DNA from: Nitrospirota bacterium
Lineage (GTDB): Bacteria > Nitrospirota > Nitrospiria > Nitrospirales > Nitrospiraceae
Length of the DNA: 64,000 nucleotides
Assembly: GCA_963701855.1 (NCBI GenBank)
Contig: CAVPBK010000004.1
Location: 288,001-352,000 of the forward strand
Reading direction: 5' to 3'
Made by a program: the position numbers and the translations under genes. The notes under the pieces were generated by a model. It had not been told where the DNA came from, did no database searches, and saw nothing but the letters and a program-made list of their open reading frames with translations. Positions 19,289-29,087 of the stretch are shown one piece after another; the stretch's first letter is position 1, and each line of letters begins with the position of its first letter.

Positions 19289-19924
19289 TTAGTGGGAAGT
19301 GCCTCGCTGCATCATCACCGCGACTTCAGCCACACGCCGGCCCAATGCCTTGGCCTCGGCCAACTCCTTATTGTCGATACCGGGACTGTCGCCTTCTGTG
19401 GTGGCAGATGCGCCGAAGGCCCCACCACCACTGACGACGATCATCTGATTCCCCAGCATCGCGGCAAGGATCGTCAACATCGTCACTTCCTTTCCGCTCG
19501 ACACCTGACCACCGGTGGCGAAGGCTGCGCCGATCTTGTTCTTCATCTTGAAGTCTGGGAATACACCGAATTTAAACTGCCAGTTGTCGAAGAAGGTTTT
19601 CACCTCGCCCGACATGTTCGACCAGTAGACCGGCGAGCCGACCACGACTGCATCGGCGGAGAACAAATCGTCTGCCGTCACCTTGCTCACTCGTTTCAAG
19701 ATCGCCTCGGTGCCGGAAATGCTCTTCACGCCATCGACCACCGCTTCAGCCATGCGTTCCGTATTGCCGGAGAGCGAATGGTAGGTCACGAGCACCTTCA
19801 CCAGCGGGGGAGGCTCGTCGGCGAAGGCCTCACCGAAGCCGATACCCGGCGCCAAAAGAATGGTACACAGAAAAAGGAAACTAATGATGCGGAATCGCGA
19901 TCTGAAGGTGTGAGAGAAAAACAT
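19289..19924 (-). CDS. WrbA/flavodoxin-like NAD(P)H oxidoreductase with signal peptide
   Basis: YHSLSGNTERMA, GSPVYWSNM, GAAFATGG. Confidence 0.88.
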   Translation of the reverse strand: MFFSHTFRSRFRIISFLFLCTILLAPGIGFGEAFADEPPPLVKVLVTYHSLSGNTERMAEAVVDGVKSISGTEAILKRVSKVTADDLFSADAVVVGSPVYWSNMSGEVKTFFDNWQFKFGVFPDFKMKNKIGAAFATGGQVSSGKEVTMLTILAAMLGNQMIVVSGGGAFGASATTEGDSPGIDNKELAEAKALGRRVAEVAVMMQRGTSH

Positions 19925-19968
19925 CGGCTCACAGAGGGAGGGAGATGGCGTACAGGGTTAGCACCGGC

Positions 19969-20154
19969 TCAACGACGGACAATTTCCTCTTCCATCCGTT
20001 CTTCAACGGAGACTTCCGTCAACGTTCCTCGATAGTCGCACTTGTGACAACGAACCCGCCATTCCTCAATCCACTTTTCTTGCACGTACGACTGCCGGCA
20101 CTTCGGACACACAAATACACCTTTGACATAATGCACTTTTCGCGTCTCTTTCAT
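19969..20154 (-). CDS. Small zinc-ribbon protein
   Basis: GGAG RBS; CPKC...CHKC. Confidence 0.6.
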   Translation of the reverse strand: MKETRKVHYVKGVFVCPKCRQSYVQEKWIEEWRVRCHKCDYRGTLTEVSVEERMEEEIVRR

Positions 20155-20301
20155 ATACCCACTCCTTGCTTGTGCCGGTCGAGGATGGCACAGGCAACCG
20201 CGCGATTGCAAGATATTCTCAACCAGTCTCGCCGACGATCTCATGCCACCCTACGCTCCCTCCGGCTTGACTCGTCTCCAGTGTGCCGATAGGATGCCGC
20301 C

Positions 20302-20769
20302 GTGCAACGACGCCGACCACTTACGACTTTCTTCATCCTCCTCTTCTCGTTCCCCTGCTATACCATGGCGGGAAATGATCCGTCCATGCCAGGGCTGATC
20401 CCGATTGCCCTCCCTGGAGGAGCAATCATTCACGCGGAGTTGGCCAACACTCCTCAGAAACGAGCAGAAGGATTGATGTACCGCGAACAATTAGCCCCAG
20501 ACCGCGGCATGCTCTTTACGTTCGCGCAGGCAGAGGCCTGGGTATTCTGGATGAAAAACACCAAGATTCCGCTCGATCTCATCTGGATCAACGAAAAAAA
20601 GCAGATCATCCATATGGAGCAGCGCGTTCCAATCTGCACGAGAACGGACGACAGCTGCCCACAATATCGGCCAAACGAGGGCGCGCTCTATGTCTTGGAA
20701 CTGGCAGGCGGTCGAGCTGAGAGTTTGAAATTACAGCGGGGATCGAAACTTCAGTTCCAAATCCCGTAG
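20302..20769 (+). CDS. DUF192 family protein
   Basis: GLMYR..GMLF..FWMKNTKIPLDLIWI..YVLEL. Confidence 0.9.
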   Translation: MQRRRPLTTFFILLFSFPCYTMAGNDPSMPGLIPIALPGGAIIHAELANTPQKRAEGLMYREQLAPDRGMLFTFAQAEAWVFWMKNTKIPLDLIWINEKKQIIHMEQRVPICTRTDDSCPQYRPNEGALYVLELAGGRAESLKLQRGSKLQFQIP

Positions 20770-20903
20770 CAGGCGAAATGGGTTGCTCTGGTTCATCTGA
20801 TTTGTTGTATTCATTTGGTTAGTCTCGTTCAACCAAATAAACCAGACAGACTGAACAGACCAAATGAATAAAACAGGCTGGCGGACGTTTCAGCATCCTG
20901 CTA
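20767..20903. mobile_element. MITE-like element carrying a 9-nt repeat hairpin
   Basis: TAGCAGG ... GCTGGCGGACGTTTCAGCATCCTGCTA ends; interior begins GGTTGCTCTGGTT as at 12432. Confidence 0.65.
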
Positions 20904-23081
20904 AGCCCGTTCCTGCCAGGCCCGCATCCGCCTTGCCGTAATCACCCCGTCCACACGTTCAACAGCTTCGAGCACTTGCTCGAGATGGTGGGTGTTTGAC
21001 ACTTCCACGACAAAATCCAGCACAGCTTTCTGATCCTCCCGCGTCGTTATCTCTGCACGACTGATGTTGGCATGGCATTCCGCAATCGCGGAAGACACGT
21101 TCGCCAACACCCCGGTCTTATCGACAGCGACAATGGACATTTTGACCGAGTGCGTGCTGGGTGTGGCAGCGTCCCATTCCACTTCCACCAGCCGTTCCTT
21201 GTCGTAGTCCAGCGCCTCAAGGTTCGGGCAATCGACGGCATGGATTGTCAGCCCGCGACCACGAGTAATATACCCGAGGATGCGGTCGCCAGGCACAGGA
21301 TGACAACAGCGCGACAGCTGCATCAGCAGATCCCGAGACCCTTTGACCTGTACGCCGGTGCCATCGCTCTTCCCACTTATCGCTTTGCGCGCGGCTGGAC
21401 GTTCCTGTGCCGGCGCCGGAGTTCCGGATGACGGAGCTGTGAGTTTGCCGATGACCTGTGACGTCGCCATGCGGCCGAACCCTACCGCTGCAGCCAATTC
21501 GTCGGTGCTGTCGAATCCCAACCGACGAGCAGCGTCTAACAGCTCCGCCGATTTGAGCATCCGGGCCGGCGCCATCCCCTGACGGCGGAACTCCGACTCC
21601 AGCAAGCGACGACCGATCTCGATACTCCGTTTCTGCTCTTCGAGCTTAATCCAGTGTTTGATCTTGGTCTTCGCGCGCGAGGTACGGACAAACTTCAACC
21701 AGTCCTTGTGCGGCGATTGCGTGGGAGACGTCAGAATTTCGACCATATCTCCGCTGGCGAGTTGATACTTGAGCGGCACAATCTTCCCGTCCACCTTGGC
21801 CCCGACACAGTGGTCTCCGACCTGAGTGTGAATCGCGAAGGCAAAATCGACGGGCGTCGATCCTCTCGGCAGCTCTTTCACAATCCCTTTGGGGGTGAAC
21901 ACATAGACGACATCGTGAAAAAGGTCGAGCTTCACCGAATCCATGAACTGCCGATTGTCCGTCAAATCTTCATGCCATTCGATGAACTGATGGAGCCAGC
22001 CGAAAGCCTTGCTGTCACGATCTGCAACCTGTCCCTGTTCTTTATACTTCCAATGCGCGGCAATACCGTGCTCAGCGATACGATGCATGTCCTCCGTGCG
22101 GATTTGGAATTCGACATGCTCCCCTTTCGGACCCACCACCGTCGTATGCAAAGACTGATAGAGATTGGACTTTGGAATCGCGATATAGTCCTTGAAACGC
22201 CCGGGCACGGGCCGCCAGACCGAGTGGATCACCCCGAGCACGGCATAGCAGTTCATCTTGGTATCGGTCACGATCCGTAGCGCGGTCAGGTCGTAGACCT
22301 CTTCGAACGTAATCGACTGCTTATCCATCTTTTGGTAAATACCGTAGAGGTGTTTGGGCCGACCGTAGACTTGTCCTGCCAGTCCGTTCTCCTGCATAGC
22401 CTTATGCACAAGTTGACGGACTTCATCGATGTACTGCTGCCGATCCTCGTCCCGTTTCGCCACACGCACACGCAATGTCTCGTAGACCTCAGGCTTGAGG
22501 TGCTTGAGACAGAGATCCTCCAGCTCATTTTTGATCCACCCGATTCCAAGGCGATTCGCCAGCGGCGCATAAATCTCCAGCGTTTCCTGTGCGATTTCCT
22601 GCCGCTTGGCCGCGCCGAGATGTTCCAAAGTGCGCATGTTGTGCAGCCGGTCGGCCAGTTTGATGAGGACGACCCGGATATCGTCCGCCATCGATAGCAC
22701 CATCTTGCGGAAGTTCTCCGCCTGTTTTTCTTCATAGCTCCGAAACGTGATCTTGCCGATCTTGGTCACCCCATCGACCAGATGCACGACGTCCTTCCCG
22801 AACTCTCTTTCGAGTTCGTCAGGCGTGGCAACCGTATCTTCCAGAGTGTCGTGCAGCAACGCTGCGACGATGGCGACGGCATCAGCTTTGAGCGATGTTA
22901 GGACTCCTGCGACGGCGATGGGATGTTGAAGGTAGGGTTCTCCGGATCGGCGAAGCTGCCCTTGATGCGCTTTCGCAGAAAACTCGTAGGCTTTGCGGAC
23001 GAGGCCAAGGTCGGTATCGGCAGCATAGCTTCTGATTCGATCCAGTAGCTGGTCGAGATCTGTGACGGTTTGGTACACCAT
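20901..23081 (-). CDS. spoT: Bifunctional (p)ppGpp synthetase/hydrolase RelA/SpoT
   Basis: SGEPY, LLHDTLED (HD), KLADRLHNMRTL, YQSLHT, TGS and ACT domains. Confidence 0.95.
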   Translation of the reverse strand: MVYQTVTDLDQLLDRIRSYAADTDLGLVRKAYEFSAKAHQGQLRRSGEPYLQHPIAVAGVLTSLKADAVAIVAALLHDTLEDTVATPDELEREFGKDVVHLVDGVTKIGKITFRSYEEKQAENFRKMVLSMADDIRVVLIKLADRLHNMRTLEHLGAAKRQEIAQETLEIYAPLANRLGIGWIKNELEDLCLKHLKPEVYETLRVRVAKRDEDRQQYIDEVRQLVHKAMQENGLAGQVYGRPKHLYGIYQKMDKQSITFEEVYDLTALRIVTDTKMNCYAVLGVIHSVWRPVPGRFKDYIAIPKSNLYQSLHTTVVGPKGEHVEFQIRTEDMHRIAEHGIAAHWKYKEQGQVADRDSKAFGWLHQFIEWHEDLTDNRQFMDSVKLDLFHDVVYVFTPKGIVKELPRGSTPVDFAFAIHTQVGDHCVGAKVDGKIVPLKYQLASGDMVEILTSPTQSPHKDWLKFVRTSRAKTKIKHWIKLEEQKRSIEIGRRLLESEFRRQGMAPARMLKSAELLDAARRLGFDSTDELAAAVGFGRMATSQVIGKLTAPSSGTPAPAQERPAARKAISGKSDGTGVQVKGSRDLLMQLSRCCHPVPGDRILGYITRGRGLTIHAVDCPNLEALDYDKERLVEVEWDAATPSTHSVKMSIVAVDKTGVLANVSSAIAECHANISRAEITTREDQKAVLDFVVEVSNTHHLEQVLEAVERVDGVITARRMRAWQERA

Positions 23082-23096
23082 GGTGCACTCACTTAC

Positions 23097-24794
23097 TTAC
23101 TCACTCACACTCGCTCGGACATCGCGAATCCTAAGCTGAATTCGGTCACGGCCGTTCCAATGGTTCAGTTCCGGCGTGAAGGCCAGGTCAACCGGAGCGC
23201 GAGACGGAATGCCACGCTCCAACAACGATTTCATGCCGAATCCAATACTATCGAACGGCAGCGATGTCCCTTGCCGCACGGTCATTTTCAGATGCTTCTC
23301 GCCGACCGTGCGTGAATCCATGACTTCGAGACGAGTCACCGCAAACGTAGGCTCCGGATTACCCTCGCCGAATGGATGCAGCGAGCCGATCTCCTGGATC
23401 AACTGCAAATTCACTTCGTCCAGGCGCACTTCGGCATCGACGTTCAACGTCGGAACCTTGCCGCCGCCATGGGTCCACCCGGCTACCACTTCTGAGAATC
23501 TGGCGCGAAACTCGTCAATCCGAGACTCTTGAATCGTCACACCCGCGGCGCTCGGATGCCCACCGAAAGCCTCCAACAGCTCCCGACAGGAAGCCAGCCC
23601 TTGATAGAGGTCGAACCCGCCGGTCGTCCGTGCTGAGCCTTTAGCTATGCCCTGCTCATTGATCGCCATCACAATCGCCGGGCGCTGAAACCTGTCGACC
23701 AAGCGCGCTGCGACGATACCGACCACTCCAAGATGCCACTGTCGGGAGGCTAGTATGAGCGCAGGCGGCACGTCTCGGTCCTTCAATGACGCCAGCGCCT
23801 CCGTCATAATATCCACTTCGATGCGCTGCCGCTCCCGATTCAATTGCTCAAGCCTGTCTGCCAATCGCTGCGCTTCGGCCGGATCGTCAGTCGTCAGCAA
23901 CCGCACACCCAGCAGAGCGTCGTCCAATCGCCCTGCAGCATTGATCCGCGGCGCCAGCTTGTAGGCGATCGTTTCCGCCGTGCAATCCTGCTTCACCCCC
24001 GCCACCTGCTTCAGCGCTCGAACTCCGCAACGCGCGCCACGCGATAGCTGAACTAGTCCTTCGCGCACAAAGCTCCGATTCTCATCGTGCAAGGGAACGA
24101 CGTCGGCAACCGTTGCCAATGCCACAAGATCGAGCAACGACTCCAGCGGCACCCCGGCAACCCCGTAGCGGAGCTGGTAGGCCTGCGCCACTTTGTACGC
24201 CAGCGCTGCGGAACAGAGCCCGTGAAATGGGTAGAGAGCGCCGACCCGATGGGGGTTGAGCACTGCCACAGCCGGAGGCATGTCCTCATCAGTCTGGTGA
24301 TGGTCCGTCACCACCACATCCATACCGAGACTCGCCGCTAATGCGATTTCTTTATGCGAGGTCGTGCCGCAATCGGACGTTACCAGCAGCGAAATACCTG
24401 CGTCATGCAAGCGCTGCACAGCGCCGAGGTTGAGTCCATAGCCTTCGCGGAGACGATGCGGGACATAAGCCCGAACCCGTGCGCCCAAGCCTCCGAAGAA
24501 CGACAGGTAGACACTGGTCGCCGAAATCCCATCGACATCATAGTCGCCATAAAAACAGATCGGTTCCTGAGTCGTGACGGCGCGATGCAACCGTTCGACT
24601 GCCTGGTCCATATCGGGAATCAAAAACGGATCGTGCGGTGTCTGCAACGACATCCATGTCGTCGCTTCATCCGGCGTGGTCACGCCACGGGCCAAAAACA
24701 ACGAGGCGGTGGCAGAAGAAATCGAGAGGGCCTGGGCCAATGAAGCCCGCTGAGTCAGATTGACATCACGGAAGACCCAGAGCTTGGACTTCAT
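23097..24794 (-). CDS. recJ: ssDNA exonuclease RecJ
   Basis: YGDYDVDG, SDCG, TDHH, TVADVVPL, PRINAAGR, GGHPSAAG. Confidence 0.96.
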   Translation of the reverse strand: MKSKLWVFRDVNLTQRASLAQALSISSATASLFLARGVTTPDEATTWMSLQTPHDPFLIPDMDQAVERLHRAVTTQEPICFYGDYDVDGISATSVYLSFFGGLGARVRAYVPHRLREGYGLNLGAVQRLHDAGISLLVTSDCGTTSHKEIALAASLGMDVVVTDHHQTDEDMPPAVAVLNPHRVGALYPFHGLCSAALAYKVAQAYQLRYGVAGVPLESLLDLVALATVADVVPLHDENRSFVREGLVQLSRGARCGVRALKQVAGVKQDCTAETIAYKLAPRINAAGRLDDALLGVRLLTTDDPAEAQRLADRLEQLNRERQRIEVDIMTEALASLKDRDVPPALILASRQWHLGVVGIVAARLVDRFQRPAIVMAINEQGIAKGSARTTGGFDLYQGLASCRELLEAFGGHPSAAGVTIQESRIDEFRARFSEVVAGWTHGGGKVPTLNVDAEVRLDEVNLQLIQEIGSLHPFGEGNPEPTFAVTRLEVMDSRTVGEKHLKMTVRQGTSLPFDSIGFGMKSLLERGIPSRAPVDLAFTPELNHWNGRDRIQLRIRDVRASVSE

Positions 24795-24842
24795 GAGGGC
24801 CTCTTGAATGATTCAGAGTCTAACTATCTGAGAATTAAAGGG

Positions 24843-24871
24843 ATACTAGCCGCTCATCCCTGCGTTGTCAA
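24843..24871 (-). promoter_or_regulatory. Sigma70 promoter of recJ-spoT
   Basis: Minus strand TTGACA-N17-TAGTAT. Confidence 0.65.
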
Positions 24872-24979
24872 ACCGAGGAACGTGGCATTGCGCGGTGACG
24901 GACGGAGGTCGGGCACTGATTACCGGAGTGCGATGAGGAGGAAGGATAAGAAGAACGTAGGCCTACCTGACTATCGGCG

Positions 24980-25177
24980 CTACTCTCCCCCCTTTTGCAC
25001 GTAGTTCTTGACGAATTCTTCTGCGTTCGTTTCGAGCACGTCATCGATTTCATCGACCAGCTTATCGATGTCTTCTTTCATCTTCTTGCCGGCTTCAATG
25101 ACCTTGGGATTGGCCTTGACCTCTTCCTTCCCCTGAGGCTCCCGCCTGGGTTCCTGCTTGCGCTCTTGTTTCTCCAT
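24980..25177 (-). CDS. pup: Prokaryotic ubiquitin-like protein Pup (Glu-terminated)
   Basis: DKLVDEIDDVLETNAEEFVKNYVQKGGE C-terminus; GGAGGT RBS. Confidence 0.92.
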   Translation of the reverse strand: MEKQERKQEPRREPQGKEEVKANPKVIEAGKKMKEDIDKLVDEIDDVLETNAEEFVKNYVQKGGE

Positions 25178-25367
25178 CCGAGCACCTCCCGTGATTCAGG
25201 GAAACTCTCGTGGGTCAGCCACCAGCATGACCCCGTACAATCACCTTACTCCACGATTCTTTTAACCGTCAAGACAAGCGAAAAACGTGAAGCGGCGTAA
25301 GTCTTTAGCGATCAGCCGTCAGCCATTAGCACGAAGCCGAAAGCTGATCACTTCTATACTTGTGCCG

Positions 25368-27419
25368 TCATACAAGCAGCGAGACAATCAAGAGCGCTAC
25401 AATGTTGATAACCTTGATCATCGGATTGATCGCCGGACCAGCCGTATCCTTATAGGGATCGCCGACTGTGTCGCCTGTTACCGCCGCCTTGTGGGTGTCT
25501 GTCCCCTTCTTACCCTGCTCTTCAATATACTTCTTGGCGTTATCCCAAGCGCCGCCGCCGCTCGTCATCGAAATGGCGACGAACAAACCGGTGACAATAC
25601 TGCCGACAAGCATGCCGCCCAATGCCTGCGGTCCCAAGATCACACCGACCACAATCGGCGAGATGACCGGAATCAATCCCGGCACCATCATCTTCTTGAT
25701 CGCCGCCTGCGTCACAATATCCACGCAAGTTCCATATTCCGGCTTGCCAGTTCCCTCCATGATTCCCTTGATCGTCCGGAACTGCCTGCGTACTTCTTCC
25801 ACCACAAGACCGGCTGCCTCTCCCACCGCTTTCATACAGAGGGCTCCAAAAATAAACGGCAGCATCCCGCCCAAGAAGAGTCCGACTAGGACGGAAGGAT
25901 TGGAAAGATCGAACGTGCTCGCGCCGCTCCCTTTTGCCACCTCACGCGCATATTCGGCAAAGAGCACCACCGCCGCGAGACCAGCTGACCCGATCGCATA
26001 GCCCTTGGTCACCGCTTTCGTCGTATTCCCGACTGCATCCAATGGATCGGTGATGTCCCGCACCTCTTTGCCAAGGTGGGCCATCTCCGCAATACCGCCT
26101 GCGTTATCTGTGATCGGACCGAACGCATCGATCGCCACCACGATACCGGCCATCGACAGCATCGACACCGCCGCAACCGCCACGCCGTACAAGCCGCCCG
26201 ATGCCGCACCACCGCAGATCCAATAGCTCCCAAGAATCGCTGCCCCGATCACCACCACTGGCCAGGCTGTTGCCTCCATCCCAACCGCCAGTCCAGCGAT
26301 GATGTTGGTCGCATGGCCTGTTTCACTGGCCTTGGCAATAGCCTTCACCGGCTTATAACTCTTGGACGTGTAGTAATCGGTAATAAAGACAAGCGCGAGG
26401 GTCACAGCCAAGCCGATCAAGGCCGCAAGGTAATAGCTCACCCCGCTCACGCCACCCACGCCATCCATGATCGTGGTCGTCACGGGGAAAAAGGCCACCG
26501 CGGCAATGCCGCCCGCCACAAATAAACCCTTGTAGAGCGCCGTCATGATCTCGCCGCCCTGGCCCACCTTCACAAAGAAAATACCGATGATCGTCGCGAA
26601 GATCGTGACGCCACCGAGGGCGAGCGGATACAGAACCGGGGCGCTGGCTCCCTTGAATAGCGTAAAAGCCAAGACCATCGCCGCCACCGTCGTCACCGCA
26701 TAGGTCTCAAAAAGGTCCGCTGCCATACCGGCACAATCACCGACATTGTCACCCACGTTGTCCGCAATAACGGCCGGGTTGCGAGGATCGTCTTCCGGAA
26801 TCCCCGCTTCGACTTTCCCGACGAGGTCTGCGCCGACGTCGGCCGCTTTTGTATAGATACCGCCACCCACACGGGCAAACACCGAAATCAAACTGCCGCC
26901 GAACCCAAGACTCAGCAAGGCATGGATGGCTTTCTCCTGGCCAGCAAACTGCGAGGCCAGCGTATAGAAGATAGTGATGGCCAGCAAGCCCAAGCCAATT
27001 AACAAGAGCCCCGTCACCGCTCCGCCACGGAACGCCACGGTCAGCGCGGCATTCATCCCATTATGGGCAGCCTGAGCCGTCCGCACGTTCGCGCGCACCG
27101 CGATCACCATGCCCACATACCCGGCCAGCGACGATGCGCCTGCGCCGATCAAAAATCCGACTGCGGTCAATAAGCCGAACTTATCGGAGACAGCCCCCGC
27201 TCCCCACAACAAAGCGAATAACACGGCGGCTACGATGCCGACGGTCTTGTATTGGCGATTCAGGTAAGCACTCGCACCTTCCTGGATAGCCTTTGCAATA
27301 TCCTGCATCTTCGGATTGCCGGCATCGAGCTTGAACACCCACATGGCCAGGTACAAGCCATAGGCAATGCCGGTCACCGCCGCTGCCAACGCAAACATAA
27401 TGATGACTGAGTCGCTCAC
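25368..27419 (-). CDS. hppA: Membrane-bound proton-translocating pyrophosphatase, K+-independent type
   Basis: [26 protein letters not shown] (Lys determinant), [14 protein letters not shown]. Confidence 0.95.
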   Translation of the reverse strand: MSDSVIIMFALAAAVTGIAYGLYLAMWVFKLDAGNPKMQDIAKAIQEGASAYLNRQYKTVGIVAAVLFALLWGAGAVSDKFGLLTAVGFLIGAGASSLAGYVGMVIAVRANVRTAQAAHNGMNAALTVAFRGGAVTGLLLIGLGLLAITIFYTLASQFAGQEKAIHALLSLGFGGSLISVFARVGGGIYTKAADVGADLVGKVEAGIPEDDPRNPAVIADNVGDNVGDCAGMAADLFETYAVTTVAAMVLAFTLFKGASAPVLYPLALGGVTIFATIIGIFFVKVGQGGEIMTALYKGLFVAGGIAAVAFFPVTTTIMDGVGGVSGVSYYLAALIGLAVTLALVFITDYYTSKSYKPVKAIAKASETGHATNIIAGLAVGMEATAWPVVVIGAAILGSYWICGGAASGGLYGVAVAAVSMLSMAGIVVAIDAFGPITDNAGGIAEMAHLGKEVRDITDPLDAVGNTTKAVTKGYAIGSAGLAAVVLFAEYAREVAKGSGASTFDLSNPSVLVGLFLGGMLPFIFGALCMKAVGEAAGLVVEEVRRQFRTIKGIMEGTGKPEYGTCVDIVTQAAIKKMMVPGLIPVISPIVVGVILGPQALGGMLVGSIVTGLFVAISMTSGGGAWDNAKKYIEEQGKKGTDTHKAAVTGDTVGDPYKDTAGPAINPMIKVINIVALLIVSLLV

Positions 27420-27593
27420 AGTACTCTCCTCCCAGTGAATTCAAGAGCTCTTTATGTCACACGGTTTCCTATGGCTTCAACCCATCAAAAGTACGTGTGG
27501 GGGGGAAACCGCGGGATGGTGCAGGCTTAGTCTTGCAGCTAACTGCCTGAAAAGTTTTGCCATTCTATACGGGTGAGCGGAAGGGATCAAGGT

Positions 27594-27775
27594 GAAAAAA
27601 GGGAGAGGGATGGAGCCTGATGATCTTCTGTGCTCGCGCAACGCGCGGCCTCAGAAGGCCCTCGCTCGGGCTATTGACACGTCTCGGCGTGCCCGTGGGC
27701 GGGCGGGTGAGAAAGTTGCGCGCAGTGGAACACCCATCAACCCCCATCCCTGGGGGAAGAAGCCGGGCAGGAGGT
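27594..27775. repeat. Dispersed MITE-family repeat at the left edge of the R-M island
   Basis: CTGATGATCTTCTGTGCTCGCGCAACGCGCGG is the reverse complement of the module at 56467-56527 and 57153-57213. Confidence 0.7.
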
Positions 27776-27782
27776 GAGGCAC

Positions 27783-28307
27783 CTACAACTGCTCGACGAC
27801 TTCGCGCATTGCTTTGTCCGGCCAGATCCATGTTTTGTGGACGGTGCAGGGCCGGTCATTAAGCCATAGGGACGTCTTAATGGGGTCCAACTCCATGACA
27901 TTGGCCGTCTCCCGTAAAAGGCCGAATTGGAGATCCCCCACAACCCCGTTCATGGATGCCAGCACCGATCGATCGGTATTTCGATCCATCTGCAACGATC
28001 CAAGCGTGAGACCAGCGCGGGCAATGTGATGGTGCGACAGCCCTTGCGCCTGCAGCACAGCCAGAAACAGATCGCGGTGCCACCGCCCCAGTTCGGCAAG
28101 TTGCAGTGCGCGCAGACCGGGAAGAAACAGCACGTAGCGGGTGGCATCGTGGCAAAAGAGTACGCATTGGCGACAGTCGAGGGTAAGAAGATGGGCGTGC
28201 CAACTACTCAGCGGAGCCGACTGGCTATCACGTTTAGCCCCTGCATCAGGCAGATTGATGGCGGAGGGAATCCGCGCAGCTAACTTCTGAGTGCAATGGA
28301 GAGTCAA
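27783..28307 (-). CDS. Hypothetical protein (DUF6933-like)
   Basis: LHCTQKL..WHAHL..CVLFCHDATRY..TDRSVLASMN. Confidence 0.65.
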   Translation of the reverse strand: MTLHCTQKLAARIPSAINLPDAGAKRDSQSAPLSSWHAHLLTLDCRQCVLFCHDATRYVLFLPGLRALQLAELGRWHRDLFLAVLQAQGLSHHHIARAGLTLGSLQMDRNTDRSVLASMNGVVGDLQFGLLRETANVMELDPIKTSLWLNDRPCTVHKTWIWPDKAMREVVEQL

Positions 28308-28382
28308 GGATACCCAGCAACAGTTTCACATATTTAGGTCAGCAGCTTTCAGGCAAACAAAACCATGCGGCGCGTCAGCGGC

Positions 28383-29087
28383 TTAGAGATCCATCGCCGC
28401 ACCGTTTTTCTTCAGCCATTCTTTTCGCTCATGGTAGTCAGGCATCACCTTGTCAATCTCATTCCAGAACGCCTGGGTGTGGTCCATGCGGCGAACGTGA
28501 CAGAGTTCATGCACCACGATATAGTCAATAATTGTTGGCGGAGCCATCATGCACTTCCAATGAAAGGCGAGGTTGCCTTTTGGTGAGCAAGAAGCCCAGC
28601 GATGACCAAGTTCCCGTACATCGATTTCGCAAGGTATAACGCCGACCTTTGGCGCGTAATAGTGTACTCGTTGGGTGATGCGCTCATGGCCGCGCTCGAT
28701 GAAGTAATCACGAAACGCGGATTTTGCGGCGGCGACTTCACCCCGGTCCACCAAATCTCGGCGCAAGCAGAAGCGTCCATTTCTTAGCAACAACGGCTCA
28801 TCCTGGTCTGCGACCAGAGAAAGCCGATAGGAACGTCCGAGATAGAGAAATCCCTCCCCGCTGCGATACTCGCGCAAGACCCGAGTGGCGTTGAGATCAC
28901 GCCACTCCGCAAGCGTTTTGTAGATCCAGTACCGCTTCGACTGGATGATATTCTCAATGTGCTCATCAGGGAGCTCAGCCGGCGCGCGTACGATCACCCG
29001 TCCATCCCGTTCGACCACAATATCTGCCGTCGTACGGCGGCTGCGTACAACTCCATACGAGATGCCTGGATCACGCGATGCTTTCAT
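28383..29087 (-). CDS. YgjP/DUF45 (M48) metallohydrolase, type I R-M associated
   Basis: RWASCS, IDYIVVHELCH, HTQAFW; 4-nt overlap with hsdR. Confidence 0.9.
   Translation of the reverse strand: MKASRDPGISYGVVRSRRTTADIVVERDGRVIVRAPAELPDEHIENIIQSKRYWIYKTLAEWRDLNATRVLREYRSGEGFLYLGRSYRLSLVADQDEPLLLRNGRFCLRRDLVDRGEVAAAKSAFRDYFIERGHERITQRVHYYAPKVGVIPCEIDVRELGHRWASCSPKGNLAFHWKCMMAPPTIIDYIVVHELCHVRRMDHTQAFWNEIDKVMPDYHERKEWLKKNGAAMDL

Noticed and set aside
24980..25177. UBact instead of Pup
   Set aside because: The C-terminus YVQKGGE and the DEIDDVLE motif match Pup; UBact ends in R(S/T)GE.
27565..27862. Short ORFs over repeat elements (also 53121-53363, 56355-56643, 56898-57307)
   Set aside because: They are translations of the dispersed MITE-like repeats (shared RVARAQKIIRLHP text), not credible genes.
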